NCBI RefSeq assembly: GCF_001194135.2
Contig: NC_068986.1
Span: 51,522,320 to 51,586,319 of the forward strand
From: Octopus bimaculoides
Taxonomy: Eukaryota
DNA: 64,000 nt
Reading direction: 5' to 3'
The translations under genes were made by a program, and so were the position numbers. Numbering within the stretch: position 1 is the first letter of the stretch; each line of letters opens with the position of its first letter. A model generated the notes under the pieces. It made no database searches. It worked only from the letters and a program-made list of their open reading frames with translations, and was not told the origin of the DNA. Below, piece after piece: positions 1 through 12,442 of the stretch.

Positions 1-151
1 GTATTTCATTAAAACAACCAAAAAGACAAAATGGTAATGCCTGAACTGACTTTGGTCACAGATCTGCTCAGTTAGAACTGACCTGGGTTAAACAACAACA
101 GAAACAAAATATGACATGATATGCTTCAAATATAACGTCAAATAGCTGTCA

Positions 152-490
152 TAAAAAGGGTAAAGGGTAAAAAAAACCCTTGGCTATGAATGACCATGGG
201 ATTGCACTCAGAAAGTTCCTCTCCAAGGCACAAGTCCAGGTAAGATTGTTTATGGAAGACCAGCAGTTGCCCATGCATACCGGTTTCTACTCTCCTGGAT
301 ACCACTGTTATCCAAGGGAAAGGCAAAAGCCAACACAGCTTGGCACCAGTGATGTCGCAACTCATTTCTACAGCTGAGTGAACTGGAGCAACATGAAATA
401 AAGTGTCTTGCTCAAGAACACAACACACAGCCTGGTTTGGGAATTGAACTCCCTACCTCATAATTGTGAGCCCAATGCTCTAACCACTGA
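152..490 (-). mobile_element. tRNA-derived SINE, family B (CORE-like central domain)
   Basis: Minus strand reads TCAGTGGTTAGAGCA (A box) ... GAGTTCAATTCC (B box), then TGTGTTCTTGAGCAAGACACTT...CTCAGCTGTAGAAATG (CORE-like). Homologous copies lie at 4884-5216 and 14208-14510. Confidence 0.85.
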
Positions 491-565
491 CCCACAAGTA
501 ATCAAAATAATATGGGGAAGAGTCAAAACTATAATTTCATTATTGGCTTATTCTTCTTTTAACAT

Positions 566-850
566 TCATCATCATCATCGTTTAACGTCCGCTTTCCATG
601 CTATCATGGATTAGACGATTTGACTGAGGACTGGCAAGCCAGAAGGCTGCACCAGGCTCCAATCTGATCTGGCAGAGTTTCTACAGCTGGATGCCCTTCC
701 TAACGCCAACCACTCTGAGAGTGTAGTGGGTGCTTTTACGTGCCACCGGCACGAGGGCCAGTCACGTGGTACTAGCAACAGTCTTGCTCAAAAGGTGTTT
801 TTTACGTGCCACCTGCTTGGGAGCCAGTTCAGCGGCACTGGCAAAGACTT
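566..850 (-). mobile_element. SINE/non-autonomous retroelement, family C, with RTE-type (ATG)n tail
   Basis: (CAT)n-CGTTTAACGTCCGCTTTCCATGCT tail matches the RTE LINE 3' end at 2281-2337. GGAAGGGCATCCAGCTGTAGAAA motif is shared with other copies. Confidence 0.8.
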
Positions 851-854
851 TATA

Positions 855-1030
855 TTTTACTTGTTTCAGTCACTGAACTGCAACCATGCTGGGACACCAC
901 CTTGAAAGGCTCAGACAAACAAATCAGCCCCTGCACTTATTTTTAAGTCTGATACTTATACTAATTGGTCCTTTAGGCTGAACTGTTAAGTTTCATGTAA
1001 GTAAACAAAACAACACTAGTTGTGAAACAT
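855..1030 (-). mobile_element. 3' half of an older family A SINE
   Basis: TTTTACTTGTTTCAGTCA...CCATGCTGG is the reverse complement of the family A tail; the copy is diverged. Confidence 0.75.
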
Positions 1031-1038
1031 AAACATAC

Positions 1039-1198
1039 AGGAGTGGCTGTGTGGTAAGTAGCTTGCTTACCAACCACATGGTTCTGGGTTCAGTCCCACT
1101 GTGTGGCACCTTGGGCAAGTGTCTTCTACTATAGCCTCGGATTGACCAAAGCCTTGTGAGTGGATTTGGTAGACGGAAACTGAAAGAAGCTCGTCGTA

Positions 1199-1251
<53 letters not shown>

Positions 1252-1470
1252 ATATGTTTGCGTGTCTGTATATGTCCTCCCAACTTTGCTTGACAACCGA
1301 TGCTGGTGTGTTTACGTCCCCATAACTTAGCGGTTCGACAAAAAGATACCGAAAGAATAAGTACTAGGCTTACAAAGAATAAGTCCTGGGGTCGATTTGC
1401 TGGACTAAAGGCGGTGCCCCAGCATGGCCGCAGTCAAATGACTGAAACAAGTAAAAGAGTAAGAGTAAAG
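1039..1470 (+). mobile_element. Young full-length family A SINE (tRNA head, CORE-like block, internal (TA)n(TG)n, 3' body, AAGAGT tail)
   Basis: A box TGGCTGTGTGG, B box GGTTCAGTCCC, then ACCTTGGGCAAG. Near-identical to 7990-8702 and 61793-62220. Confidence 0.9.
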
Positions 1471-1511
1471 AGAGAGTATATCTATCTGCCTGTTTCTGTC
1501 TATCTATCTAG

Positions 1512-1544
<33 letters not shown>

Positions 1545-1547
<3 letters not shown>

Positions 1548-1705
1548 GGGATCCCTACAGTGTCTCCAGTCTACTAAATTCACTCAAATGACATAAGTCA
1601 GCCCAAGTCTATAGTAGACAATACTTGCCCAAGGTGCCATGCTGTGGGACCAAAACCCAAACCATGTAGATTGCAAAGCGAGCTTCTTATCCACACACCT
1701 ATGCT
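1545..1705 (-). mobile_element. 5' head of an older family A/D SINE
   Basis: CTATAGTAGACAATACTTGCCCAAGGTGCCATGCTGTGGGACC is the reverse complement of the family A head. Confidence 0.75.
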
Positions 1706-1880
1706 AGCACCTGATTCTACAAAACAAGCAGCAGCTTTGTTTTTACAAATACAGGTATTCTTCAATACTGACGTTTATATGAAGTAGATAATTATTTCAA
1801 TGCAGATATTTCAACAACCTATCGAAGCAAGCATAGATTTTATGGTTGCATGACTTCTAACATACTAACATTTCCAATAC

Positions 1881-1921
<41 letters not shown>

Positions 1922-2217
1922 TAATAATAATAATAAATCAGTGAAACAGAACAGAGTATGGTAATTATCTTTTGCTAATTTACACTATTTGAATTAATTA
2001 TGTATATGGACTAGTAACCAAGTTCCCTACCCATTTGACCATTTCAGTTGTGTGTTGCAGTTTAATGTAAGCATTTTTCACTCTAGCAAGGCAAGATTAC
2101 TGATACAATTAATCAGGATGTCATGACAATGTATGAAATAAAGTTACAAGACAAGAAATATGCATTCCTTTTTGCTAGCAAGACAAGAAATATGCATTCC
2201 TTTTTGCTACCTTCCAT

Positions 2218-2255
<38 letters not shown>

Positions 2256-2262
2256 TATTATA

Positions 2263-3020
2263 TATCATCATCATCATCATCATCATCATCGTTTAACGTC
2301 TGTTTTCCATGCTAGCATGAGTTGGACGGTTCGACTGTCCAATATTTCTCTCAGGGCGCTTACACTCTGTTGTGTGTGCACACTGACATTACACATCCAG
2401 TGGATCATGCTAGCTTCATTTCTTTCAAGCCTACGCATGTCCTCTGCAATCATGGCCCATGTTTTACTGCTGTGAAGCATGGTAGTTCACAAACAAGCAT
2501 CGTACAATCTACATTTCACTCTGAGCGAGAGGCCCTTTGTCACCAGTAGGGGTAGAAGCTTTCTAAACTTTGCCCAGGCTATTCTTATTCTAGTGGTAAC
2601 ACTCTCAGAGNNNNNNNNNNCTATTCTTATTCTAGTGGTAACACTCTCAGAGCATCCACCCCCATTACTAACTTGGTCACCTAGGTAGCGGAAGCTATCA
2701 ACTACTTCTAGTTTCTCGCCCAGGAGTGTGATGGAATCTGTTTTATGAGCATCTGTGGTGTTTATTGCCCCTGTGCATCTGCCGCACATGAAAGCTATCT
2801 TCTCGGATAATCTTCTTTTGACGTTGCTGCACCTCTCATGTGTCCATAGCTTACACTGGGTACATCTTATGGAGTTTCTACCTACACCTTTTCTACAGAT
2901 TGAGCAGGGCCACCTACCTGAGCAGGTGTGTGATGAGTTTGCCTTCCTACTTACTAGAACTTTGGTCTTTGCTACATTGACTGTAAGGCCTTTTGATTCT
3001 AAACTCTTCAGAGTCACAAA
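2263..3020 (-). mobile_element. 5'-truncated RTE-clade LINE fragment (RT C-terminal region with PHD-type finger, internal deletion, (ATG)n tail)
   Basis: Translation LESKGLTVNVAKTKVL...WPCSIC...CTQC...HERC...CGRC...LEVVDSFRYLGDQ...VTTRIRIAWAKFRKLL...RLYDAC, then MLHSSKTWA...LERNEASMIHWMCNV, is typical of the RTE ORF2 end. It is frameshifted. Confidence 0.92.
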
Positions 3021-3099
3021 ATACTTCCCTCTCATCACCCAGGCTCCATACTTTATGTCCTATTGTTTCCCAACATAGAATACCTATCTCCATCCTTGG

Positions 3100-3760
3100 A
3101 ATTACATCTTCATTCATGGATTTCTGCAGTTATTAACTAGTAACAGTTTAACCAGAATATCAATAACAGAAATCTCACCCATTTTGGAAATGTCAGGTTG
3201 CTCTTGAGTGCTACTGGTACCATGTAACCCCAGTACAACCTGTCGCATGGTCAGGTTGGCAACTAAACTAACAACCCCATCAAGCTTACTTGGTGAGGAA
3301 GGTGATTGTTGGACACCCTGCAAGACAAAAAATAAGACCTGTCAAAGGGCAGAATAACTACTGTGTAGTCAACGGCCAATTCAACGAGTACCTTGTCGCG
3401 GTGAAGTACTTGTGTGTTTCATTGACCTGGAGAGCTATGCTGGAGGGAGAGAAATCTTCAGGCCAGATAGGTCAAAAGATAGGAGACATACAAAACCTTA
3501 ACAATGATAAATTGAAGTGTTGGCAGCAGGGCGTGGATCTAGTTAGCAGCAGGATCTAACAGATCGGATTCCTGGCTTTGAACTAACAGGATGTCATGCA
3601 GAGGATCTTGAATACAAGACAATGGATGTGACCCTAATATTCCTAGTGAGATGGAAACTGTGGGACTACATGGAGCAGCACCCTGTGACTCCTATAATAT
3701 GTGCAAATGAAACCCCTCTGAAGGGGCGTCCTATGGGGCTACCTAGATGAGAGAGAGAGA
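3100..3760. mobile_element. Highly decayed retroelement-like sequence
   Basis: GC-richer than the flanks. A plus-strand remnant NEYLVAVKYLCV/FIDLE near 3385-3430 resembles the RT motif EKY...LYxAFxDLEKAFD; it needs a frameshift. Confidence 0.35.
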
Positions 3761-4883
3761 TGAAATTTGGAGGGTTCAGGAAAACCATGACACTAACCCT
3801 TCCTCCCAGAATCAGCCAGCAAATTATATACACATACATAAATACACACACATATGAAAATAAATAAAGTGTGTGGGTATGTATAGCAACATTAAGTAAA
3901 GATAACAACAAATAAAAGATAGTGTATGTGTGTGTGTGTGTGCTTGTTTGTACATGTACGATAAATGCTAGAATGGGTAATGATGGATTGTGAAGAATTA
4001 TCTAAAATTCCACTGTAGGTACTTCCTTGTATCTTGGTACAGAATACTTTAATTCTACATTTACTCAGTTCTTTTTATCCAATTCTTTTGGATACAATTA
4101 CCACCTCACCACCATCATATCAAGATAGCTGATACCATCCTTTTGTTCACCCTATAAAAACAGAAATTAAGCACTTGATATATAAAACCTTGGAATTTGC
4201 AGAAGGATTAGCACGCACACACACACACACACACNNNNNNNNNNACACACACACACACACACAATATTTTTGGCATGCATAGAGAGAGAGAGAGAGAGCA
4301 CCAAATTTGGACTTGTGCATTAGTACATGGCATTTGTCCATTGGAAAAAGAAATTGGTTTCTATTTCTAAGCTAAGTGGACTGAAGCCAATAATATGTCA
4401 ACCCACAGTGCATGTTATTTGCTGCTCTCATATGACTTCAGTTTGGGCTGAATTATAAATGTGCTTAACTAATAGCTATATCAATATTTGTTGATGTAGA
4501 GAATAGACAATCGAATTATAAGTAATGATATTCATTTTTAGTAACCACAAAGCAATGAGACAAAACCTGGCAGCAATGACTTGGAATCAAAATAATGGAT
4601 TAATTATTAAATTTAGATGAAAAACAGCTACAATGATTGCATTATAAAAATCATATGCTAATTCAACTAAAATTCTATGCTCCTCCAAGTTAATTCCTCA
4701 CAGATTAAATCTTGTGAAGTAAGTGAAGAATCAATGGTTCTCAAACAGGAGGCACTTGGGAAGAATTTCAAATCTAAAACAGGTAATTTTTTACAGGGTA
4801 GAAATTGAGGTGGAATTTCAGGCAGAGGAGAAATTTCAAACACAGCTTATTCTTTCAACAAGAGGAATGTACTTTGCATGTTG

Positions 4884-5216
4884 TAAAGGGTAAAGACACC
4901 CTTTGGTCATGAATGACCATGGAATTGTACCTAGAAAGTTTCCCTCTGAGGTACAATTTTGGGCAACGTTGTTTTGTGGAAGACCAGTAGTCGTCCATAC
5001 ATACCAGTGTCCTCTTTCCATAGCACCATGTTGTCCAAGAGAAAGGCAAAGGCTGATACAACTTGGCACCAGTGGTGTTGCAACTTATTTCTACAGCTGA
5101 GTGAACCAGAGCAATGTGAAATAAAGTTTCTTGCTCAAGAACACAACACACAACTCAGTCCAGGAATTAAACTCCCAACCTCTTGATTGTAAGCATAATG
5201 CTCTAATCACTGAGCC
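4884..5216 (-). mobile_element. Family B SINE
   Basis: Colinear with 152-490; abuts an (AG)n tract. Confidence 0.85.
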
Positions 5217-5316
<100 letters not shown>

Positions 5317-5879
5317 AGTTGGGACTCTGAGAATCACTGATTAATTCTAATAAGTGAATTTAAGAAATAGCTTAGGTAACTTTGGTTTTATTTTTAGCTA
5401 ATAAATCCCCCAAAGCAATAAAGTTCTAAAATTAATAGCAGTCAAAATATATTCATAATATATCTTGATTGCTTTAAACTTTAAAGGTATATAAACAACT
5501 TCCTTTAATATACAGACTAATTATCCAGTCTAATTTTCTGGATCTGACTGTGACACTTTGCATCAGTTTCAAGTACTCTTTAGAATATTCCTTAGTTGTT
5601 TAATTACACATAATGATTTCATATAAACATGTCATGTGCATTTTTATTGCAATCTCACTTCAAATTTTCATGTTTGATAATCTTGTGAAATTCTTCAAAC
5701 TCATAAGAGTTTACATACAAATTGACAAATATTTTATACTTGTTCATTAAAAAAAGAACTGTAATTACAACTTCATGCTAGAAAGAAACAAGGTTGAACT
5801 ATTTTGCCTAAATATCATATGAGTTGAGAAAAAAAATTAGAATCATCAACAGAACTTAAAACAAATGTCTCAGTATGAT

Positions 5880-6090
5880 TTAACCCTTTAACATTCAGAT
5901 TACTCTATCATGTAATGTTTATTTATCCACGTGGTATTGAATTAATCATGCATTATCTTGTAGCTACAAAATATCAATGATGCAAATGTTCATTTTTAGA
6001 ATGGCATTTTAGTGTAGGTGTGTGAGGCCAGATCTGGCTTGTTTGAAGATAAAACAAGTAGAATATTTGAGCTGGATATGGCTAGTTTAA
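5880..6090 (+). mobile_element. piggyBac-type MITE (right end missing)
   Basis: Starts TTAA-CCCTTTAACATTCAGATT; homologous to four other copies in the window. Confidence 0.65.
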
Positions 6091-6879
6091 GTACAGTGAG
6101 TCAAGTCTCAACTGTGTCAGAGATCAACTTCATATCTTCCCTTTCTATACATAATTTTCCAACTGCATAGACTGAAATAAATAAAGAACTGCTCAGAAAC
6201 ACAGCACAACAACTTTTGTGAACAACACAAGATGATTCTCTATAAACTAAGCAGTCAGGAGTTTATCCTTTAAGCCATTATTAACACTTTAAGTCTGAAA
6301 ACTTTATTCAGCAATTTTAGTTCTTACAAAATATGTCATAATCAGAGCTTAATGAACCTTTTACCAATTACAAATTAAAACGATAATTGCTAAACCAAAT
6401 CATAATAAATGAATATAAGATAAAAAAAAAAAAAACTGAAACTTGTTTCATACATGCACATATGTCTTCCACCCTTGCACACAAACAGAGATATGTGATT
6501 AAGGAATTCACTTCACAACAACCAAGTTCAAGGATCAAACCTACTGCGTAACACCATCTTAGACAAGTATTTTCTACTGTAGTCTCAGGTTGATGAACAT
6601 CATGTTTGTGAACTTAGGTAGATGGAGGCTATACAAAAGTTCATTTTATAAAAAAATATATACATATATGCATACATGCATGTGATGAATATCACTGCTT
6701 TTGTTTTGGTTTTATGCTGTTTCCTTTTATGTTCCATAACTTATCTGATTGATAAATAGAAATCAACAAAGGAGCTAAGAGGCTGAAATAAATACTGGAA
6801 TTGATATGATCAACTGAGTCCTTGAAAGCAGTGCCCCAGCATGACCACATTCAAAGACTAAAACCAGTAAAAGAAATAT

Positions 6880-6914
<35 letters not shown>

Positions 6915-6916
<2 letters not shown>

Positions 6917-7292
6917 TAGCTGTTGGACCCGGTGTTGCTTGTGTTTTCCGTGTTGAAGTTAAGCCCACCTCTGACCTTGTATTGAATAAGCATTTCCTTA
7001 GAGACTATTCTATTGATTTTGTTGAAATTTTACACATGAAAAAATGCAAAAGCTGCAGGAAAAATAACATCGTTATGGGAATTTCCATTCAAAATGCCCG
7101 ACTGAGCTCACAAAACCTGATGCCAACTGAGCATTATCGAGTTTTCTAAAAATTCTGGCCTTATTTGAACTTCAGGACATGTAATCTACCTATATGCCAA
7201 AAATCATTAAAATCGGTTGGACGGGGGTGGGGGTGGGTGTTAGAGTAACCTGAAACACAGACAAACAGACAGGCACCATTATACATTTATGT
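6915..7292 (+). mobile_element. Non-autonomous Helitron-like element inserted at (TA)n
   Basis: Starts ACTAGC...GACCCGG...GTTGC after (TA)n and ends AAAATCGGTT...ACAGACAAACAGACAG...TTATACATTTAT. This architecture resembles Lep1-type non-autonomous Helitrons. Confidence 0.5.
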
Positions 7293-7989
7293 NNNNNNNN
7301 NNGTACATACATACATTACATATATGTACTTTCTATGCAAATTAAAGCAAGTACCAAATAAATAAATACATCAGGGATAGAACTCAAATTAAGACTAACC
7401 TTAAGTAAAAATGAGCATAAACTTTTGCTCTGTATTGATATTATGAGCTCTTTCAGCAGGCATTCAATCTTCTACTCCAGTATGGAATTTTAAGAATTTT
7501 GTTGGAAAGATTCATCTTGCTATCTCTTGTGTATATACTTCCTTAAGACAGGTGCCAAGCATTACAGAAATATAATCAGTACAAAATAGCAAAGGATATA
7601 AAAATATTGTCAGTTAGTGGCTTAGTAAGGAAATTGAGACATAGCAGTGCTGAGCATTGAGTTCTATCAGAGTTTGGATAGCCTTTGTAAGGTTCTGACA
7701 ATGTGAAAATAAATATGCACACTATGTTCAGAATAAGAAACTAAACTAGTGAGAAATTCAGAGTGATATTCATTTCTTAATCAAACAAATACATTTGCAC
7801 ACACATCTGATTTAGCGTTTTTTTAAAAATTTATTTCAGCAACTGGGCTACAGCCATACTGGGGTATGGCAATCAAGGGTTAAATCAAACAAATTGGCCT
7901 TAGTAATTATTTTTCATGTCTGGAACTTATTCTATTGTTCCCTTTTGGCAAAACTGCTACATAACAGAAGGCATAAACAAACTGATACC

Positions 7990-8153
7990 AGGCGCAGGAG
8001 TGGTCGTGTGGTAAGTAGCTTGCTTACCAACCACATGGTTCTGGGTTCATTCCCACTGCGTGGTACCTTGGGCAAGTGTCTTCTACTATAGTCCCGGGCC
8101 GACCAAAGCCTTGTGAGTGGATTTGGTAAACGGAAAACTGAAAGAAGCCCATC

Positions 8154-8189
<36 letters not shown>

Positions 8190-8702
8190 NNNNNNNNNNN
8201 NNNNNNNNNNNNNNNNNNNNNNNNNNNNNNNNNNNNNNNNNNNNNNNNNNNNNNNNNNNNNNNNNNNNNNNNNNNNNNNNNNNNNNNNNNNNNNNNNNNN
8301 NNNNNNNNNNNNNNNNNNNNNNNNNNNNNNNNNNNNNNNNNNNNNNNNNNNNNNNNNNNNNNNNNNNNNNNNNNNNNNNNNNNNNNNNNNNNNNNNNNNN
8401 NNNNNNNNNNNNNNNNNNNNNNNNNNNNNNNNNNNNNNNNNNNNNNNNNNNNNNNNNNNNNNNNNNNNNNNNNNNNNNNNNNNNNNNNNNGTATGTTTGT
8501 GTGTCTGTGTTTGTCCCACCAACATTGCTTGACAACCGATGCTTGTGTGTTTACGTCCTCGTAACTTAGCGGTTCGGCAAAAGACATTGATAGAATAAGT
8601 ATTAGGCTTCCAAAGAATAAGTCCTGGGGTCGATTTGCTCGACTAAAGGCAGTGCTCCAGCATGGCCACAGTCAAATGACTGAAACAAGTAAAAGAGTAA
8701 AA
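7990..8702 (+). mobile_element. Young family A SINE with an assembly gap in its internal microsatellite
   Basis: Both halves are near-identical to 1039-1470. Confidence 0.9.
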
Positions 8703-9306
8703 GGGTAACTGTCAAGAAGTAGTGGGTGGACAAACAGAAACAGAAAGACACACATATGTATATGATTACAGAGGATCCATAATGGATCAAATCATATCAA
8801 AATGAAGAACATCACAAACTGGCTAGACAGAATGATGCGAAACAGTTAAATAATACATTATCTAAGCACAGAATGCATCAATGAAAGAAGTTCACTGTTG
8901 TTAGACAATCCACAATTACTATAGTATCCAAATACTCAAATACTCACTTGTTTATTTGGTAGCCTGATAATTTGGGTGTTCATAACATATACAGAATCTA
9001 ATTGTATTATACTTATGTTCCAATAAAGACTCCTAATGAATCAATTGTAGTAATACAAGGTAATCCATTCATCTGTTATTATACCCCCACCATATATATA
9101 TATATATATATATACAGGCTTCCACGGAGTTTCCATGAACCAAATTCCCTTGTAAGGCATTAGTTGGTTGAAGCTACACCAGAACATGCTCATAATGCTG
9201 AGTAGTGGAACTGAACCCCAAACTATGTGTTTGCAATGTGAGTTTCTTAATTACAAAGACAAGCTTGTAAGCTATGAGAAACCATTTTCTGAACAANNNN
9301 NNNNNN

Positions 9307-9344
<38 letters not shown>

Positions 9345-9545
9345 TCTCATCCTCTAATATAAACAGACATATGGGATACAAAACAGAGCAGTGTTCCATT
9401 AAGAATAAATAATAATACATATATTCTATAGACACAAAGTGAATGGAACTGTAACAGTTACAGTGTTCCCTGTTTTTTACATGTAATTAAATTGCTAGCA
9501 TTGGTGCCAGACATATCTTTAAGTCAACAATTGTCTTTTATACAG

Positions 9546-9606
9546 GATAGAATCTGCTCTTACCAACAAACACTCGGCTAACTGTGAAATAAGTTTGGAT
9601 TATACA
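9546..9606 (+). CDS. Candidate short exon (IESALTNKHSANCEISLDYT)
   Basis: Acceptor TGTCTTTTATACAG, donor ACA|GTCAGT, open frame (phase 2 to 0). No homology recognised. Confidence 0.2.
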
Positions 9607-9699
9607 GTCAGTTGTGTGTGTGTATGTGTGTATTTGGCTCTGTATCCAAAACTACATTATCCAGTGTTCTTTCCCTTTTAAGCAGATTTGGTTGCTAAT

Positions 9700-9914
9700 T
9701 TAACCCATTAGTTTTCAGATTGTTTTATCAAACGTAATACTTATTTAATCACATTGTTCTAAATTAATCATGCATTATCTCATAGCTTTGAGACTTCAAT
9801 GGTGTGATTGTTTATTTTTAGAATGACATTGTAGAGTAGGCATGAGAGGCCCAATCTCACCAGTTTAAACACAAAATACATAAAATATAGCTGGTTTCAA
9901 TGTTAGAGGTTTAA
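9700..9914 (+). mobile_element. piggyBac-type MITE
   Basis: TTAA-CCC ... GGT-TTAA ends; internal homology to 5880-6090. Confidence 0.65.
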
Positions 9915-11243
9915 GCAGGCTGATTAACCATACAGGGTCTCCATCTATTGCCTTGCTAAAAATATAAGTAATCATTGGTGTTAAGCACCTAACCACAATG
10001 TACCTAGGATACTGTGGTCAGTATTCTAATAGCTTAATTTCACAGCTATTCTACATCATATACCATTTGATTAATATGGAATAGTTCAACAATACAAGAA
10101 AGAAACTACTTCTATAATACTTATTTTCCTCCTTTCAACTTACATCTGTAATTTAAGATTAAAACAATCTCCATTTCTGATTCTATTGAGTTTGATGGGT
10201 AATTTTTATTTCCTGAAACAAAATATTTAGTCTGCTGTCAGGACTAATAAATGTTCATGTTTTATTGTTTTTTTTCAGTGCTTCTAATGTAAAAGGTTTT
10301 TTGAAGAAAAGTCAAGAACTACCAGTCTACCCAACAATCTAAAATACACAGGCAACAAGATTCCTTTCAATATGTTTGATGAACCAGGTTAATGAGTGCA
10401 GAACTCATGAACTGACTTCCACTGAAGATGTTGAATCTTCAAGTGAAATACACTAAATGTACTGATGTTTCAAACTCATGTTTTTCATACAGAAAGTTGC
10501 TGCTACAACAGCTGTTGCTACTGAATGATGACTGAGGTGATGATAGAAAAAAGAGTTAGAGAATTAATAACTCCATCAATAAACAAGAAAGGTGGTGGCA
10601 ATTATGAAAGAGAAGATCAGTAATGGTGGCAAAAGATAAAGGTGGTTATCATCATTATTAAAACTGAAAGGATGAAAAACATCCTAGTGATTTTCATGGC
10701 ACTGACAAAATTGGCAATGACAAAAAAAAAAAAGTGATGACAATTAATGATAAACGATAATGAGGAGGATGATTTCACGATGCAGATTATAAAGTTATCG
10801 AAATTTTATTGCTAAGCTTTTGTAGCTTCAAAAAATTGAAGGGGAGATAAAAAAACAAAAAAAAAAAAAAACAGAATAATACTTTTAAAAGGCAAATCAT
10901 ATCAAATAGTCATAGAGAAGTATAAAATTAAACAGTAAATAATTGAACAATTTCTAAATATAAAAATATTAAAAAAAAATTTATTCTGAAGATATTGTGA
11001 ATGGCAATGGATTAAAGATTTATTCAGTTTGAAACTAACATCAAAAAGCTTTTAAAATAAGATGTTTTATGGAAGTAACTTTCTTATTAAAGAGGCAGAT
11101 TTTCTTTTCAATAAAAGTTCTGTCACTCATACTAAAAACAAGGAAAAAATAGTAATAATAAAAGGAGAATATTATCACTATTTCTCATTTAAAATGCAGT
11201 TTTAGTGTACTAAAACTCTATATTCTGTTGATANNNNNNNNNN

Positions 11244-11277
<34 letters not shown>

Positions 11278-11329
11278 TGTATGAAGGAGATGATGAAAGA
11301 CTGAGATATGTGGTGCATTGCTGTACTCA

Positions 11330-11523
11330 GGAAGACCCACCTACTGCAACAGAACTGATGGTGCTACATAAAAAGCACCACCCACTACACTGTAAATTGG
11401 TAGGCATTAAGAAGGGTATCCAGCTGTAGAAATCAAGCCAAAACAGACTATGGAACCTGGTGTGGCCCGTCAAGGCATCCACCTCACGCCAGCATGGAAA
11501 ATGGACATTAAATGATGATGATG
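11330..11523 (+). mobile_element. Family C element 3' part
   Basis: GAAGGGTATCCAGCTGTAGAAA...GCATGGAAAATGGACATTAAATGATGATGATG. Confidence 0.75.
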
Positions 11524-11881
11524 GTGTGTGTGTGTGTGTGTGTGCGTGTGCACGCGCGTGTGTGTGTAAAACAACTGTCACTAAAGACTAGGAGATTTTC
11601 GATTCACATGTCACTTTACTAGCAATAACATTAACATTAGTTAAATTCTCTTCAAGTAATTCTTCTCAGGTCTTTCATGATGTCAAGGACTCATAAGGCT
11701 GGAGCTTAAGTTGGTTTCCATGGTAAGTAAGTGATTGAGATAACAACACTCCCCTACTGAAGAGGATGTCAGTTCATCACAGGGTTAACTTCCAAGCTGT
11801 TGTTGAAACTCATTTACCTCATTTTACATTGCTCCAGTACACACAACATACTACCAATTTCAAGAATCAAAACTATGATCT

Positions 11882-12096
11882 TACAAGGGAGGGCTGAAAA
11901 GTTCCTGGATTTGGGTAAAAGAAAATACAGAAGAATCAGTTAATTATGATTTTATTCAATATATTCCCCTCTCAAATTCACACACTTATTGCAGCAGTCT
12001 TTCAGTTTTACTAAGGCCTGTAAAAGGGCTCAGAAAGTTGGGCTCCCAGCCAGGATTTCTGTGATACCCATAAAGCTAGGAACCTTTCAGCACTAC
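11882..12096. mobile_element. mariner-type MITE
   Basis: Terminal inverted repeats GCTGAAAAGTTCCTGG / CTAGGAACCTTTCAGC; begins TA-CAAGGG. Confidence 0.65.
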
Positions 12097-12260
12097 GCCA
12101 TACAATCATGAATGCATTACCCTAACCATTTGGCCATGAACTTTCACCCTTCATAAGTTATTCTCCTACATTTCTGTAAATATAAAAGAAGTGTAAAATG
12201 TTGTTAGGTCTGATATTTTTTACTGACTGAATATGACGAGGATATTACATGTGTGAAGAG

Positions 12261-12442
12261 TCAAGAATCTTGACCAAGCATAACCATGTTTGGAACCAGT
12301 GGCATGAAATTAAAAGGATAGATTTTTTGATATTTGACCGTTTCTTCAAGTCTTGCTGCACAAGAGAACATATGCTTGCGTGCCTCAGTTTGCCATGATG
12401 ATGTTTCCATGGTTGGGAGGCTTTCAGTGGAAGAGAAGCCAC
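12261..12442 (-). CDS. Candidate terminal coding exon, product unknown
   Basis: Acceptor GATTTCTATAG followed by a 59-codon frame (GFSSTESLPTMETSSWQTEARKHMFSCAARLEETVKYQKIYPFNF...). A second frame is also open for 65 codons. No known repeat match. Confidence 0.22.

Noticed and set aside
1039-1110. tRNA-like A and B boxes
   Set aside because: SINE heads with no acceptor stem or complete cloverleaf; not tRNA genes.
2579-2652. 32-bp exact duplication inside the RTE ORF on either side of 10 N
   Set aside because: Identical sequence flanking a 10-N spacer indicates an unmerged contig overlap, not biology.
7932-8587. Long ORFs across N runs (also 19139-19617, 27497-28361, 34613-35044, 43635-43920)
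   Set aside because: They are open only because N translates as X.
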